Program-made: the position numbers and the translations under genes
The notes under the pieces: generated by a model
The model's input: only the letters and a program-made list of their open reading frames with translations
The model's database searches: none
Told to the model about the DNA's origin: nothing
Shown: in pieces, positions 8,984 through 18,607 of the stretch
Position numbering within the stretch: position 1 is the stretch's first letter
How the letters are laid out: each line of letters starts with the position of its first letter
Origin: a virus
Taxonomy: Duplodnaviria > Caudoviricetes
Reading direction: 5' to 3' (one strand)
Length of the DNA stretch: 54,717 bases
Virus record (IMG/VR): IMGVR_UViG_3300043570_000565
Span: 1-54,717 of that record

Positions 8984-11900
8984 ATGGCGAATATTACAAG
9001 AAACTTCACAGCTGGTAAGATGAATAAGGTCGTTGATGAACGACTTATTCCTGATGGACAATATGTTGATGCGTTAAATATTCGAATGGGATCTACAGAG
9101 AACTCTGAGATTGGGGTCATTGAAAATACTAAGGGTAACAGCAGATTAACTACGATTAAGTATATAAATGGAACAGCACTTAGCTCTTCCGCTAGATGTA
9201 TTGGGACTATATCCGACAACACAAGTGAGACTATCTACTGGTTTATCCATGACTCCAACTTTGCAGTAGGGGCTACAGGTAAGCTTGATATGATTGTATC
9301 CTTCAATGTGTACAACAACATATTGACCTACCACTTGATTAGTATCAACGATGGGGCCGGTATTAATACTACGCTAAACTTTAACTCTGAATATCTAATT
9401 ACAGGAGTAAGCATCATTGATGATTTAATATTCTTTACTGATGACTATAACCCACCAAGGGTAATAAACAGATTTAAGAACTATCCCGATCCTGTTGGCA
9501 ACATTGACCAGTTTAGTGCTGAGTCTATTCTTGTAATTAAGAAGCCACCTATTGAGTCTCCTAGTATTCAGCTTATAAATAGTGGCAACGAAGAGAACTA
9601 CTTAGAGAACAGGTACATATGCTTTGCTTATAGATATCAGTACGCTGACGATCAGTATTCAGCTACGTCTCAGTGGTCTCCTCCTGCATTTCAGCCAAGG
9701 CCTTTTGACTTTAGTTTAAATAGCTACCTTAATGAAGGTATGCAGAATCAGTTCAACACTGCTATCATAACTTACAATACAGGTGGGCCACTTGTGGTTG
9801 GCATTGACCTATTGTTTAAGGAGATTGACAACAATACAATCAATGTAATTGAGAAGCTTAATAAGGCTGATCTTGGATTTACAAATAACACCAACCGTAC
9901 ATACACATTTACTAACAGCAAGATATTTACCACATTAGATGAGCGAGAGCTATTTAGGCTTTACGACAATGTTCCATTATTAGCGAAAGCACAAACAATA
10001 ATGGGTAACAGATTAATGTATGGCAACTATGTTGAGGGGTATGATATGATTGACATCCTTGGCAACCCAATCAATCAAATATATTCTACTGCATTAATAT
10101 CTGAAGAGATTGATAACACTGACATCATTGATTTTCTTAACTCAGGAACTTATAATTTTGGAGGTCCTCAAACTATTCCTAACTCAGTAGTATACTTAGA
10201 CCTATCACCATTTGAGCTTGTCACAGGGGCCTCTATTACGGTTGATATGAGATTGGATCATGAGGACTTTGCAGGAGACACTCCGTTTCCTACAGCAACT
10301 ACTCAGAATGTATTCCTTAGCTTTTTATTTGTGCTACCTAGGTCTTATGGATCAGTATATGAACTTGCTAGTAGTGTAGAGTTTCAAGATGCTATTGGCA
10401 ATTCTTTTAATATAGAGACTGTAGCCAACTCATGTAATGGAACAACATTCACAGACCAGTTTAACTGCGCTCTTCCTAATAATTTAGCAGGGACCCCTAC
10501 CGTTCTAAAATACCAGAGTGGTATTGGATCTGCTGGTCAGGGTCTAGGGATTATTACATCACCTGGAAGCCCATACGTAGGTATACAATTGCTTACAATG
10601 AGGTACGTCAATAATACAACTACCCCTACAGTAAACGTATACGAGTACTATTCATATAGTTTTGTTGAAGCATTCTATCAGAAGGTAAACTCTCCCAGAA
10701 GCTTGCATAGCAACAGAGGATATGAGATTGGTATCGTGTACATGGATGACTTTAACAGATCAACAACTGCTTTAGTTAGTCCAAACAATACTGTTCATGT
10801 ACCTTGCTCTGCATCTAATAGTAAGAATTCTATTCGGGTTACCATCCCACCGGGGCAAGCAGCTCCGTACTGGGCTACACGATACAAGTTTGTGATTAAA
10901 CCTGATGAAGAGAACTACGATACAATATATAGTAGCATATTCTTCAATGATCCATCGAGTAACAATGTTTACTTACTGCTTGAAGGTGAGAATGCCAGAA
11001 AGGTTCAGCAGGGGGACAGATTAATTGTAAAGGCTGACACTGATGGGCCTACTACTAGATGTGTTTACACCACTATACTTGAAAAGGAAGCGAAGGCTGA
11101 AGGATTTATTGAAGTGCCAAGTACTATAGACCCAGCAGAAAATATACTTGTCCCCTCTGGATTATATATAAAGATTAATCCAAATAACTTTGCTGTCGTT
11201 AGGGATGATTTAGCTATTATTTCTCCAGGAAGCGTAACTATTTCTGAAAGGAATGCAGGAGACTTTCCTAAATTAAACTATCCTATGAACAGGTATGATA
11301 CTGCCACCTCAAGATGGGAAGACTATGATGTTCCTATTGGTAGTAGGATAAAGATGAACTTTAAGTTCGAAAGAGATGGCACAAAAGATGGGGGTGCAAA
11401 TTGTGAAAGAAGGATTTATACTCTTGAAAAAACAATGACTGCATCTGCTGACTATGGTAACATGATGGATTGGTGGAATGGAGACAATGTTGAAGTCGTT
11501 CTTAATGAAGGTATACAAGATGTTGGTGGAGGGGGGCCTGATATTAATAATGAGTACATGACCACTATTGCTTCTAGCCCAACAAATATTGACACATCAT
11601 TATCTACTAACTACTATAGATTCTATAGATATCCAGATGTAGCAGGTGCAAATAGAAATAAGCTTATACTTATTGTTAGCGGAACTAGAAGCTGTGGACG
11701 TAGTGATAAAAGAAGATCTACTGTTAATGTAAATATTGAGGTATTTAGAGCTGGTAGTACTTTAATATTTGAAACTCAAGCATCTCCTGCTTTGCCTGAT
11801 ATATTCTTTGAGAATGAATTGTCATTTCCTATTGTTAATGGATACTATACTGGTAATGTTCAAACTCAAACATCTTCATTGCCGGCTATTGTTGACACTA

Positions 11901-13381
11901 ATTTCTTTAACTGTTTTTCTTTTGGAAATGGGGCAGAGAGTTACAAGATATTGGACTCCATTATTGGAAGACCACTCGCATTTGGTAATAGGGTTACAGC
12001 AGTAGCTGCTCAAGATTACAAAAGAACAAGGAGATTTGCAGACATTACCTATAGTGGGATATATAATTTTGAGTCTAATGTTAACAAGCTTAATGAGTTT
12101 AATCTTGGCTTGTTCAACTACAAGTACTTAGAGGTAGCATTTGGTCCAATCTATATATTGGATGGCCGTGAGACTGATATTCTTGTTCTTCAAGAAGATA
12201 AGATTTCTTATGTGTTATCTAGTAAGAATTTAATATCCGACTCTACAGGTGGAGGCGCAATTGCATCTGTACCAGAGATACTAGGAACTCAAATTGCTAG
12301 GACAGAAGAGTTTGGGATTAGCTTTCATCCTGAGAGTTATGTGCAGTGGGGATACGACAGATTCTTTACAGACGTAAAGCGTGGTGCGGTTATTCAATTA
12401 AAAGGTAATGAGCTTGCTGTAATCTCTGAGATGGGCATGAGGACTTGGTTTAGAGATGAGTTTATTGACTCATTTAATACTCAGAAGCTAGGTGGATATG
12501 ATCCGTATCTAAATGAATACGTGTTAAGTACTAACTCTATTGAGTTGCCTAGACCAGTTGATTGTCTTTCTTGTGGTATTGCTCAGACATTTACTATACC
12601 TACAGGTAATACACAAACTTACTGTGTTGACTTAAACGACCCTGTTGGTATTACAACAGTAACTTATAGTGTTCCGGCAGGATCTACAGCATCGTTTACT
12701 GTATCAGTAACTTACAATGGAGTTACTCAGACATCTGGTGCTGTAACTACATCAGGATCATTACAGTTTAATAAGAACTCTAACTCTGTTAACGTAGCCA
12801 CGGTTACGATAACTGCATCTAATCCATTAGAGATAACTGTAACGCCTAGCTGCCCTGCTCAGGAGTCGCTTACTATTGTAAGTGTAACTCTTACTAGTGT
12901 AGTAGACGCAGGCAAGTTCATACACAATCAGTACAAATATACTGATGGAGCTTTTGTGTCACCATTACAGTCAACTCTTATTACATTTGCTACAGGAAGT
13001 GCAAGCCCTATAGTTTCTCAATACAACCAAGTAACAGGTGCAATGGGATCTCCTGGGATACCAACAGCAGGATCTACCTTACAGATTATATCGAATAAGA
13101 TTAACTTTGATACATTTGATTTTGTATTAGGTGAGGATAAGTTTAGATATATTCGTAGCAATACGCTATATCCAAATACTTCTGTAGGAATTTCAAACTT
13201 AATTGCAGCATCTACTTTGGTTTCACCAATAACAGGAGCCGCTGGATTATATTCAGGATCTTTCGTTGTTCCCGGCAGTGGACAATATCTTTACTTAATT
13301 TGGGACTACAGAAATTCAGCACCTATAACTCTTTGTTACTCTAATACAAATACTCTAGCTGCATGCTGCGGCTGCGCATAA
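8984..13381 (+). CDS. Tail muzzle/stabilisation protein (P22 gp10 / crAss muzzle-like), N-terminal part plus C-terminal accessory domains
   Basis: 1465 aa; begins GKMNKVVDERLIPDGQYVDALNIR; contains GNRLMYGNY and KLGGYDPYLNEYVL motifs, then switches to Thr/Ser/Cys-rich beta domains. Confidence 0.65.
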   Translation: MANITRNFTAGKMNKVVDERLIPDGQYVDALNIRMGSTENSEIGVIENTKGNSRLTTIKYINGTALSSSARCIGTISDNTSETIYWFIHDSNFAVGATGKLDMIVSFNVYNNILTYHLISINDGAGINTTLNFNSEYLITGVSIIDDLIFFTDDYNPPRVINRFKNYPDPVGNIDQFSAESILVIKKPPIESPSIQLINSGNEENYLENRYICFAYRYQYADDQYSATSQWSPPAFQPRPFDFSLNSYLNEGMQNQFNTAIITYNTGGPLVVGIDLLFKEIDNNTINVIEKLNKADLGFTNNTNRTYTFTNSKIFTTLDERELFRLYDNVPLLAKAQTIMGNRLMYGNYVEGYDMIDILGNPINQIYSTALISEEIDNTDIIDFLNSGTYNFGGPQTIPNSVVYLDLSPFELVTGASITVDMRLDHEDFAGDTPFPTATTQNVFLSFLFVLPRSYGSVYELASSVEFQDAIGNSFNIETVANSCNGTTFTDQFNCALPNNLAGTPTVLKYQSGIGSAGQGLGIITSPGSPYVGIQLLTMRYVNNTTTPTVNVYEYYSYSFVEAFYQKVNSPRSLHSNRGYEIGIVYMDDFNRSTTALVSPNNTVHVPCSASNSKNSIRVTIPPGQAAPYWATRYKFVIKPDEENYDTIYSSIFFNDPSSNNVYLLLEGENARKVQQGDRLIVKADTDGPTTRCVYTTILEKEAKAEGFIEVPSTIDPAENILVPSGLYIKINPNNFAVVRDDLAIISPGSVTISERNAGDFPKLNYPMNRYDTATSRWEDYDVPIGSRIKMNFKFERDGTKDGGANCERRIYTLEKTMTASADYGNMMDWWNGDNVEVVLNEGIQDVGGGGPDINNEYMTTIASSPTNIDTSLSTNYYRFYRYPDVAGANRNKLILIVSGTRSCGRSDKRRSTVNVNIEVFRAGSTLIFETQASPALPDIFFENELSFPIVNGYYTGNVQTQTSSLPAIVDTNFFNCFSFGNGAESYKILDSIIGRPLAFGNRVTAVAAQDYKRTRRFADITYSGIYNFESNVNKLNEFNLGLFNYKYLEVAFGPIYILDGRETDILVLQEDKISYVLSSKNLISDSTGGGAIASVPEILGTQIARTEEFGISFHPESYVQWGYDRFFTDVKRGAVIQLKGNELAVISEMGMRTWFRDEFIDSFNTQKLGGYDPYLNEYVLSTNSIELPRPVDCLSCGIAQTFTIPTGNTQTYCVDLNDPVGITTVTYSVPAGSTASFTVSVTYNGVTQTSGAVTTSGSLQFNKNSNSVNVATVTITASNPLEITVTPSCPAQESLTIVSVTLTSVVDAGKFIHNQYKYTDGAFVSPLQSTLITFATGSASPIVSQYNQVTGAMGSPGIPTAGSTLQIISNKINFDTFDFVLGEDKFRYIRSNTLYPNTSVGISNLIAASTLVSPITGAAGLYSGSFVVPGSGQYLYLIWDYRNSAPITLCYSNTNTLAACCGCA

Positions 13382-13391
13382 ATAATTTAAT

Positions 13392-15041
13392 ATGGCAACA
13401 TCAGGAACATTTTATTTAGATGCCCCATCACTTAGTACCGCTACGGTGGTATACTCAAATGCTGCACTAACTACAGTAGCTGCAAATGGTTTCTATTCTG
13501 AGGGCTCTATTGTTAGAGAGCAGGCATCTGGAGTACTATTACCTCAGCAATCTTGTCCTGCCTGTGCTGTACCTTGTGGAGGAACTATAAGTGAGGATGG
13601 AGCTCAGGGTATATACTATTTAAATGTAGACCTTGGTACTCCTACAGGAGCTGTACTAATTGAGTTTGATCCTCTGTTTGTGCCTGATGGCATTAAGGCT
13701 GTTTATAATAGCGTTGTATATAATGGTGTATCTTCACCAGTATACGGATGGCTTCAGGGGAGTGCTGGCCTTCCTACCTATATTGGAGAAGCGGCATCTG
13801 ATTGTGGTATGGTTGCGGGTTCACCTTATACACTTAATGAGTTCCAATATGATGGAAGCGATTTTATTTCTTTAGGAACAACTACACCTGTAACTGTATT
13901 AGCAGGGCAATTGGATTTAACAGTATTGGCCCCTGGGAATACGTTGATGGTAATACCAAAGACAGCAGCTAGTCCATCTATATTGAATCTTGAATTTATT
14001 GGACCATGCTCAGGAACTGTTTTTAATGTTTCAGTAACCTGTCCTGCTGCACTACCATCGTTTGATTCAAGCACAATGCATGCAACCAGCGTACTAGCTT
14101 GTGCTGCTGCTATAGGCTCAATATACTACGTGGCTCACGTTAATGGAGCTGCTGGTGTTCTTGGATTATACGACTTAGTATTTAGTGATGCCAATGGTCA
14201 GTCTAAGTTATCAGCAGGGTTTTACAAGACTAATGACGCAGGTGCTAACGATTGGTATCAAGTGGATGCCAATGGCGTAATTATTGCATTTGGAACTTGT
14301 GCTGTAGCTTGCGGAGGCATAATAACTGGTAGTGGTACTCAGGGTGTATATTATGTTGAGACAAATTTAGGTACAGCTACAGGGGCTGTTATTGTTAAAT
14401 TTAATCCTCAATCCATACCTGATGGTATATTGGCCACATATAATAGTGTAAACTACAACGGTGTATCTTCACCACTATATGGTTGGCTTCAGGGGACAAT
14501 TGGTGAGCCTACTTACATTGGTGCACTTGGAGATGACTGCGGTATAGTTGCAGGGTCTCCATATACTCTTAACGAGTTTGAGTATAATGGAAGTGCTTTT
14601 GTTTCATTAGGTACAACTACTAGTATTTCAGTAGGCGCAGGTCAAATGGAGTTAACAGCATTGCCTCCAGGTAATACTGTAATGGTTATCCCAAAGATTG
14701 CAGCTAGTCCATCTCTGCTGAACCTTGAATTCATTGGTGTTTGCGGAGACACTGGGTTCACTATAGATGTAACCTGCCCAGCCGCTTTGACATCATTTGC
14801 ATCTAGTACTGGTAATGGTGATAGCGCATCTGCTTGTTCTGCTACTATAAGCCCAACATACTATGTTGCTCATGTAACGGGATCTGGTGGCGTACTTGGT
14901 ATATATGACTTAGTATTTAGTGATGCCAATGGTCAGTTTAAACTTGGTTCAGGATACTATAAGACCACAGCAGCAGGAGCTAACAACTGGTATCAAGTAG
15001 ATTTTAACGGGGTAATTATTGCATTTGGAACTTGTCCTTAA
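13392..15041 (+). CDS. Cys-containing virion accessory protein with an internal tandem duplication
   Basis: 549 aa; two ~245-aa repeats, each CAVxCGG...IIAFGTC. Confidence 0.7.
   Translation: MATSGTFYLDAPSLSTATVVYSNAALTTVAANGFYSEGSIVREQASGVLLPQQSCPACAVPCGGTISEDGAQGIYYLNVDLGTPTGAVLIEFDPLFVPDGIKAVYNSVVYNGVSSPVYGWLQGSAGLPTYIGEAASDCGMVAGSPYTLNEFQYDGSDFISLGTTTPVTVLAGQLDLTVLAPGNTLMVIPKTAASPSILNLEFIGPCSGTVFNVSVTCPAALPSFDSSTMHATSVLACAAAIGSIYYVAHVNGAAGVLGLYDLVFSDANGQSKLSAGFYKTNDAGANDWYQVDANGVIIAFGTCAVACGGIITGSGTQGVYYVETNLGTATGAVIVKFNPQSIPDGILATYNSVNYNGVSSPLYGWLQGTIGEPTYIGALGDDCGIVAGSPYTLNEFEYNGSAFVSLGTTTSISVGAGQMELTALPPGNTVMVIPKIAASPSLLNLEFIGVCGDTGFTIDVTCPAALTSFASSTGNGDSASACSATISPTYYVAHVTGSGGVLGIYDLVFSDANGQFKLGSGYYKTTAAGANNWYQVDFNGVIIAFGTCP
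13563..15035 (+). repeat. Tandem duplication of ~735 bp within the CDS
   Basis: Units start at 13563 and 14298; shared DNA such as gacttagtatttagtgatgccaatggtcagt occurs in both. Confidence 0.9.
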
Positions 15042-15046
15042 TAACT

Positions 15047-15853
15047 ATGGCAAACTATACACTATCGTACAGCGAATCAGCACAGGGGTGGCCTTCATTC
15101 TACTCCTTCTTTCCCGACTACATGATTGGGATGAACAACTACTTCTACACATTCAAGGGAGGGAACTTGTTTCGTCACAACGTGAATGAGACCAGAAACA
15201 ACTTCTATGGTACTCAGTACACATCTATATTAAAAAGCGTATTTAATACATCTCCTCTTGAGAATAAAATATTCAAGACTCTTAACTTAGAGGGCAGCAA
15301 CAGTTGGGCCACACTAATGGAGACAGACATTCAGACCTCAGGCTTTATTGAAGCCGCATGGTATGAGAAGAAGGAGGGATCTTTCTTTGCGTTTGTAAGG
15401 AACGCAGGTACGGTACCAGCACAGCCATCAGAGTATGCACTTAGATCGGTGAATGGCATTGGCTTAAGTCAGAACGTGACAGGATCTGCGCCAGCATTAA
15501 CTGTATCGTTTCCTATTAGTCCAGACCTAACAGAGATAGGCAGCATAGTAAGTGTAGGGGATTACTTATACTACAGCTTGCCTGCAACATATTCAACACC
15601 GATATTGTGTGGTCAGATCACCAGCATTGTAGTGGACTATCCAACTAGTATCAATAGGATAGTTGTGAATGCATCAATAGCCGGGGGTGGTATCCCTCCT
15701 ATAACTACCCCGTTCTTTATGTATATTAAGGGGTCGGTAGCGGAGTCTCACGGAGTACTAGGACATTATTGTATATTTACACTAGAGAACAATAGCACTA
15801 CTAAGGTTGAGCTATTTGCAGTGGAGTCTGAAGTAATGAAAAGTTATCCTTAA
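15047..15853 (+). CDS. C-terminal portion of the muzzle/stabilisation protein as a separate ORF
   Basis: YTLSYSESAQGWPSFYSFFP, NNFYG and VFNTSPLENKIFKTLNLE motifs normally follow GGYDP in muzzle-like proteins; likely start is the ATG at 15047. Confidence 0.55.
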   Translation: MANYTLSYSESAQGWPSFYSFFPDYMIGMNNYFYTFKGGNLFRHNVNETRNNFYGTQYTSILKSVFNTSPLENKIFKTLNLEGSNSWATLMETDIQTSGFIEAAWYEKKEGSFFAFVRNAGTVPAQPSEYALRSVNGIGLSQNVTGSAPALTVSFPISPDLTEIGSIVSVGDYLYYSLPATYSTPILCGQITSIVVDYPTSINRIVVNASIAGGGIPPITTPFFMYIKGSVAESHGVLGHYCIFTLENNSTTKVELFAVESEVMKSYP

Positions 15854-15858
15854 ATTTG
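15851..15858 (+). promoter_or_regulatory. -7 box (TAAATTTG), ejection-protein operon
   Basis: Matches TAnnTTTG, 5 nt before the ATG. Confidence 0.6.
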
Positions 15859-15863
15859 CATTC

Positions 15864-16274
15864 ATGGGGATCTTAGTAAGACAACTAAATGAAAGTGACT
15901 ACGATGACATCCTAGTAAAGTGGTGGAATGACTGGGCTTGGGTCGCACCTCAGAGAGATTTCTTACCTGAGAACGGGACCGGTGGCCTAATAGTATTCGA
16001 TGGTGATGAACCAGTTTGTGCAGGGTACATGTACACCACCAACTCAAGTGTTGCTTGGGTGGATTGGATAGTGTCAAGCAAGACATATAGGACAAAGCCA
16101 ACCCGAAAGGAGTGCATAGACTTATTGATCTACACCCTTACTAACATTTGCAAAAACAGTGGGCATAAATATGTATACGCCTTAATAAAGAACAAGAACC
16201 TTGTCAGTACCTACGAAAGTTTTGGATACATTAAAGGGGATTCATATACAGGAGAAATGATAAAAGTATTATAA
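15864..16274 (+). CDS. GNAT-fold acetyltransferase-like protein
   Basis: 136 aa with GNAT-like pattern (AWVDWIVS...YESFGY); position before the ejection proteins is common in podoviruses. Confidence 0.55.
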   Translation: MGILVRQLNESDYDDILVKWWNDWAWVAPQRDFLPENGTGGLIVFDGDEPVCAGYMYTTNSSVAWVDWIVSSKTYRTKPTRKECIDLLIYTLTNICKNSGHKYVYALIKNKNLVSTYESFGYIKGDSYTGEMIKVL

Positions 16275-16275
16275 T

Positions 16276-17157
16276 ATGGCAATAATAACGTCAGCAGCAA
16301 TCGCAGGAACAGCAATAACAGCAGGAACAATCGCATCAGGGGTTGGTCTAGCTACTGCTGTAGGAAGTGCTGGAGCATCTTTTAGAAATGTTAAAAAGTT
16401 TCAAGATCAACAGGCTGAAGCCAATGATGCAGCTATGAAATCTCTAGCTGAGGCTAAGAAAAAAATGAATGTAAACTACTATGAGCAGCTAGGAATAGAA
16501 ACCGGAGCTTATGAAATGGCTAGTAGACAAGCCAAGAGCACAGCGGCAGATTTAACTAGAGCTGCTCAGCAGGGAGAGGGGCGTGGCGTTGGTGCTGCGG
16601 CAGGTCAAATTTATGCGGCTGGACTACAAGGTCAGGAACAAGTTAGGGCTTCAATGGCTGAGGATCTAATGGGTCTTGATAAGTTAGTTGCTGCTGAAGA
16701 TTCTAGAATTGCTGGAGCTTTAGCTGGCCTAGATTTGCAGGCTGCTGAGGGGGCTCAGCTTGCCGCTAGAGATGCTCAACAGGCTGCGGCTGCATCTACT
16801 GCTCAAGGGTTTCAATCATTACAGTCAGGGGCTCAACAGCTCTATGAGGCAGCTCCTTTGTTTGATAAGTCTCAAGGTATGAAACAGTACGAAAAGCTAA
16901 AGGGTTTGGCTAGTAAGTATAACCTTACTCAAGAACAACTTCAGAATGATTTGGTTGAATTTGGAAAGAGTGCAAACTTTGGTCAATTGTCAGGCGTTGG
17001 ATATTCGGCCACAGGTGTTGATGCACTAGGCAAACCTGTTCAAGGAGTAATGACTTCTCCTGCATTCCAAGATTACTATGCTACTCAAGGCAAGCAATTT
17101 GGTCAGTCAGTATACGATCCATTTGGTCAATTTTTACAAAAGAAATATCCTAAATAA
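16276..17157 (+). CDS. Internal virion/ejection protein
   Basis: Hydrophobic Ala/Gly-rich N-terminus and Ala/Gln-rich helices, like T7 gp14 / P22 gp7-type proteins. Confidence 0.6.
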   Translation: MAIITSAAIAGTAITAGTIASGVGLATAVGSAGASFRNVKKFQDQQAEANDAAMKSLAEAKKKMNVNYYEQLGIETGAYEMASRQAKSTAADLTRAAQQGEGRGVGAAAGQIYAAGLQGQEQVRASMAEDLMGLDKLVAAEDSRIAGALAGLDLQAAEGAQLAARDAQQAAAASTAQGFQSLQSGAQQLYEAAPLFDKSQGMKQYEKLKGLASKYNLTQEQLQNDLVEFGKSANFGQLSGVGYSATGVDALGKPVQGVMTSPAFQDYYATQGKQFGQSVYDPFGQFLQKKYPK

Positions 17158-17159
17158 TA

Positions 17160-18599
17160 ATGGCAACCTACTACAAATATGCTGAGAGGCAGGCTGATAG
17201 TTTTGTAAACTGGGCAGAGATCGGTAAGGATATTACCGAAATGCTTAAGACCGAGACCAATATCCGAGAGGAGAAGAAAGAAGCTATTGACAAAGCATCA
17301 AGGGAATATGGGGAGAAGCTATCTAATGCTCCAACAGGAGAGCATGGGGGAGCTAATCGCTGGACATTAGGATTTGCTAGTGATGCACAGCAAGCACGAT
17401 TACTTCAGGACCGACTACTTAAGTCTGGTGGTCTTAGTGTAAAAGACTATACTGTGATGAGACAAAATATAAGTGATGGTACTGCTAGGTTATTTAATCT
17501 ATCTAAAGAATACCAAGCCCAGTATAAGGAGAAGATGGAGAGGGCTAATAGTGCAGATCCTGCAACTAGGTCTCAGATGTTAGAAACTTTTTTTATGGAG
17601 ACAGCTGAAGGGTTTGCTAACTTCTCAAAATCAAAACCATTAATTAACCCTACAGACTTTTCAATCAGCATTGGTATCATGGAGCCAGACCCTGAGAACA
17701 AAGGAGTCATGAAGCTTACTGATAATGTTCAGACTGTTGAGTACTTAAGCGGTATGATTAATACTAAGTTTAATTACTTTGATATAAATAAATCATCAGA
17801 TGAAATATCAGGTGGATTTGCTAAGTACATTACAGCAGACATAAAAGCTGATAATTTAAATGGAGTTATTACTACTATTGAAGATGCGTTAGCAAGACCA
17901 GCCGCTAAAGAAATACTTAAGAAAAAGGTTAATGCATATCTACAGAATCCATACAACATAAGTTCAATCCTTACTAATGATATCGGAGGATATACATTTT
18001 CTTTTACCGACAAATCTGGAGGTAATGTTATATTTTTAGAGCAGGACCCAGCATCAAAATCAGTAACACCAATATTTACAGATGAACAAAAAGCTGTAGC
18101 ATCAGATTTCTTGACAGGCATATCTATTCAGAAGGTTGCATATGAGGAGCAGTTAAAACCTTTTTCTCTTCAGCAAAGACAAGTAGTAAAGGCTGAAGAC
18201 CCCAAACCTAGTGGGCCTCCTATTAATGTTCAGGAAGCATATTTATCAAGGGTTAAAGAAAAAACAGGATTGAGTGAAGATACTTTTTCAAATAAAAGAT
18301 TAGAGACTGCAAATAACATGAAATCAATTCTTTCTAAAATTCCTAATGGAACTCAACTATCTGTTGAACTAGATAAAGATCCAGAATCTGGGATAATTAA
18401 TCTTAAGGATGGAGATAATGTTATTAAATCATTTTATGTCTATGAAACTAATCCAGAAATTCGTAAAGGATATTTGAATGAATTTACAGAAATCATTTCT
18501 AACTTAGCCGGTACTGATGGGATGATTGACTACCTTGGAAGGACAGGAGGAATGGGACAATCAGGATCAGGTGGAGCAACTGGAGGAAGTTCTAGATAA
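17160..18599 (+). CDS. Internal virion/ejection protein (putative)
   Basis: 479 aa, between the small ejection protein and the giant protein; Gly-rich C-terminus. Confidence 0.5.
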   Translation: MATYYKYAERQADSFVNWAEIGKDITEMLKTETNIREEKKEAIDKASREYGEKLSNAPTGEHGGANRWTLGFASDAQQARLLQDRLLKSGGLSVKDYTVMRQNISDGTARLFNLSKEYQAQYKEKMERANSADPATRSQMLETFFMETAEGFANFSKSKPLINPTDFSISIGIMEPDPENKGVMKLTDNVQTVEYLSGMINTKFNYFDINKSSDEISGGFAKYITADIKADNLNGVITTIEDALARPAAKEILKKKVNAYLQNPYNISSILTNDIGGYTFSFTDKSGGNVIFLEQDPASKSVTPIFTDEQKAVASDFLTGISIQKVAYEEQLKPFSLQQRQVVKAEDPKPSGPPINVQEAYLSRVKEKTGLSEDTFSNKRLETANNMKSILSKIPNGTQLSVELDKDPESGIINLKDGDNVIKSFYVYETNPEIRKGYLNEFTEIISNLAGTDGMIDYLGRTGGMGQSGSGGATGGSSR

Positions 18600-18607
18600 T
18601 AAAAAAA

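Noticed and set aside
13563-15035. Diversity-generating retroelement TR/VR pair
   Set aside because: In-frame tandem domain duplication with differences not confined to adenines; no reverse transcriptase in the window.
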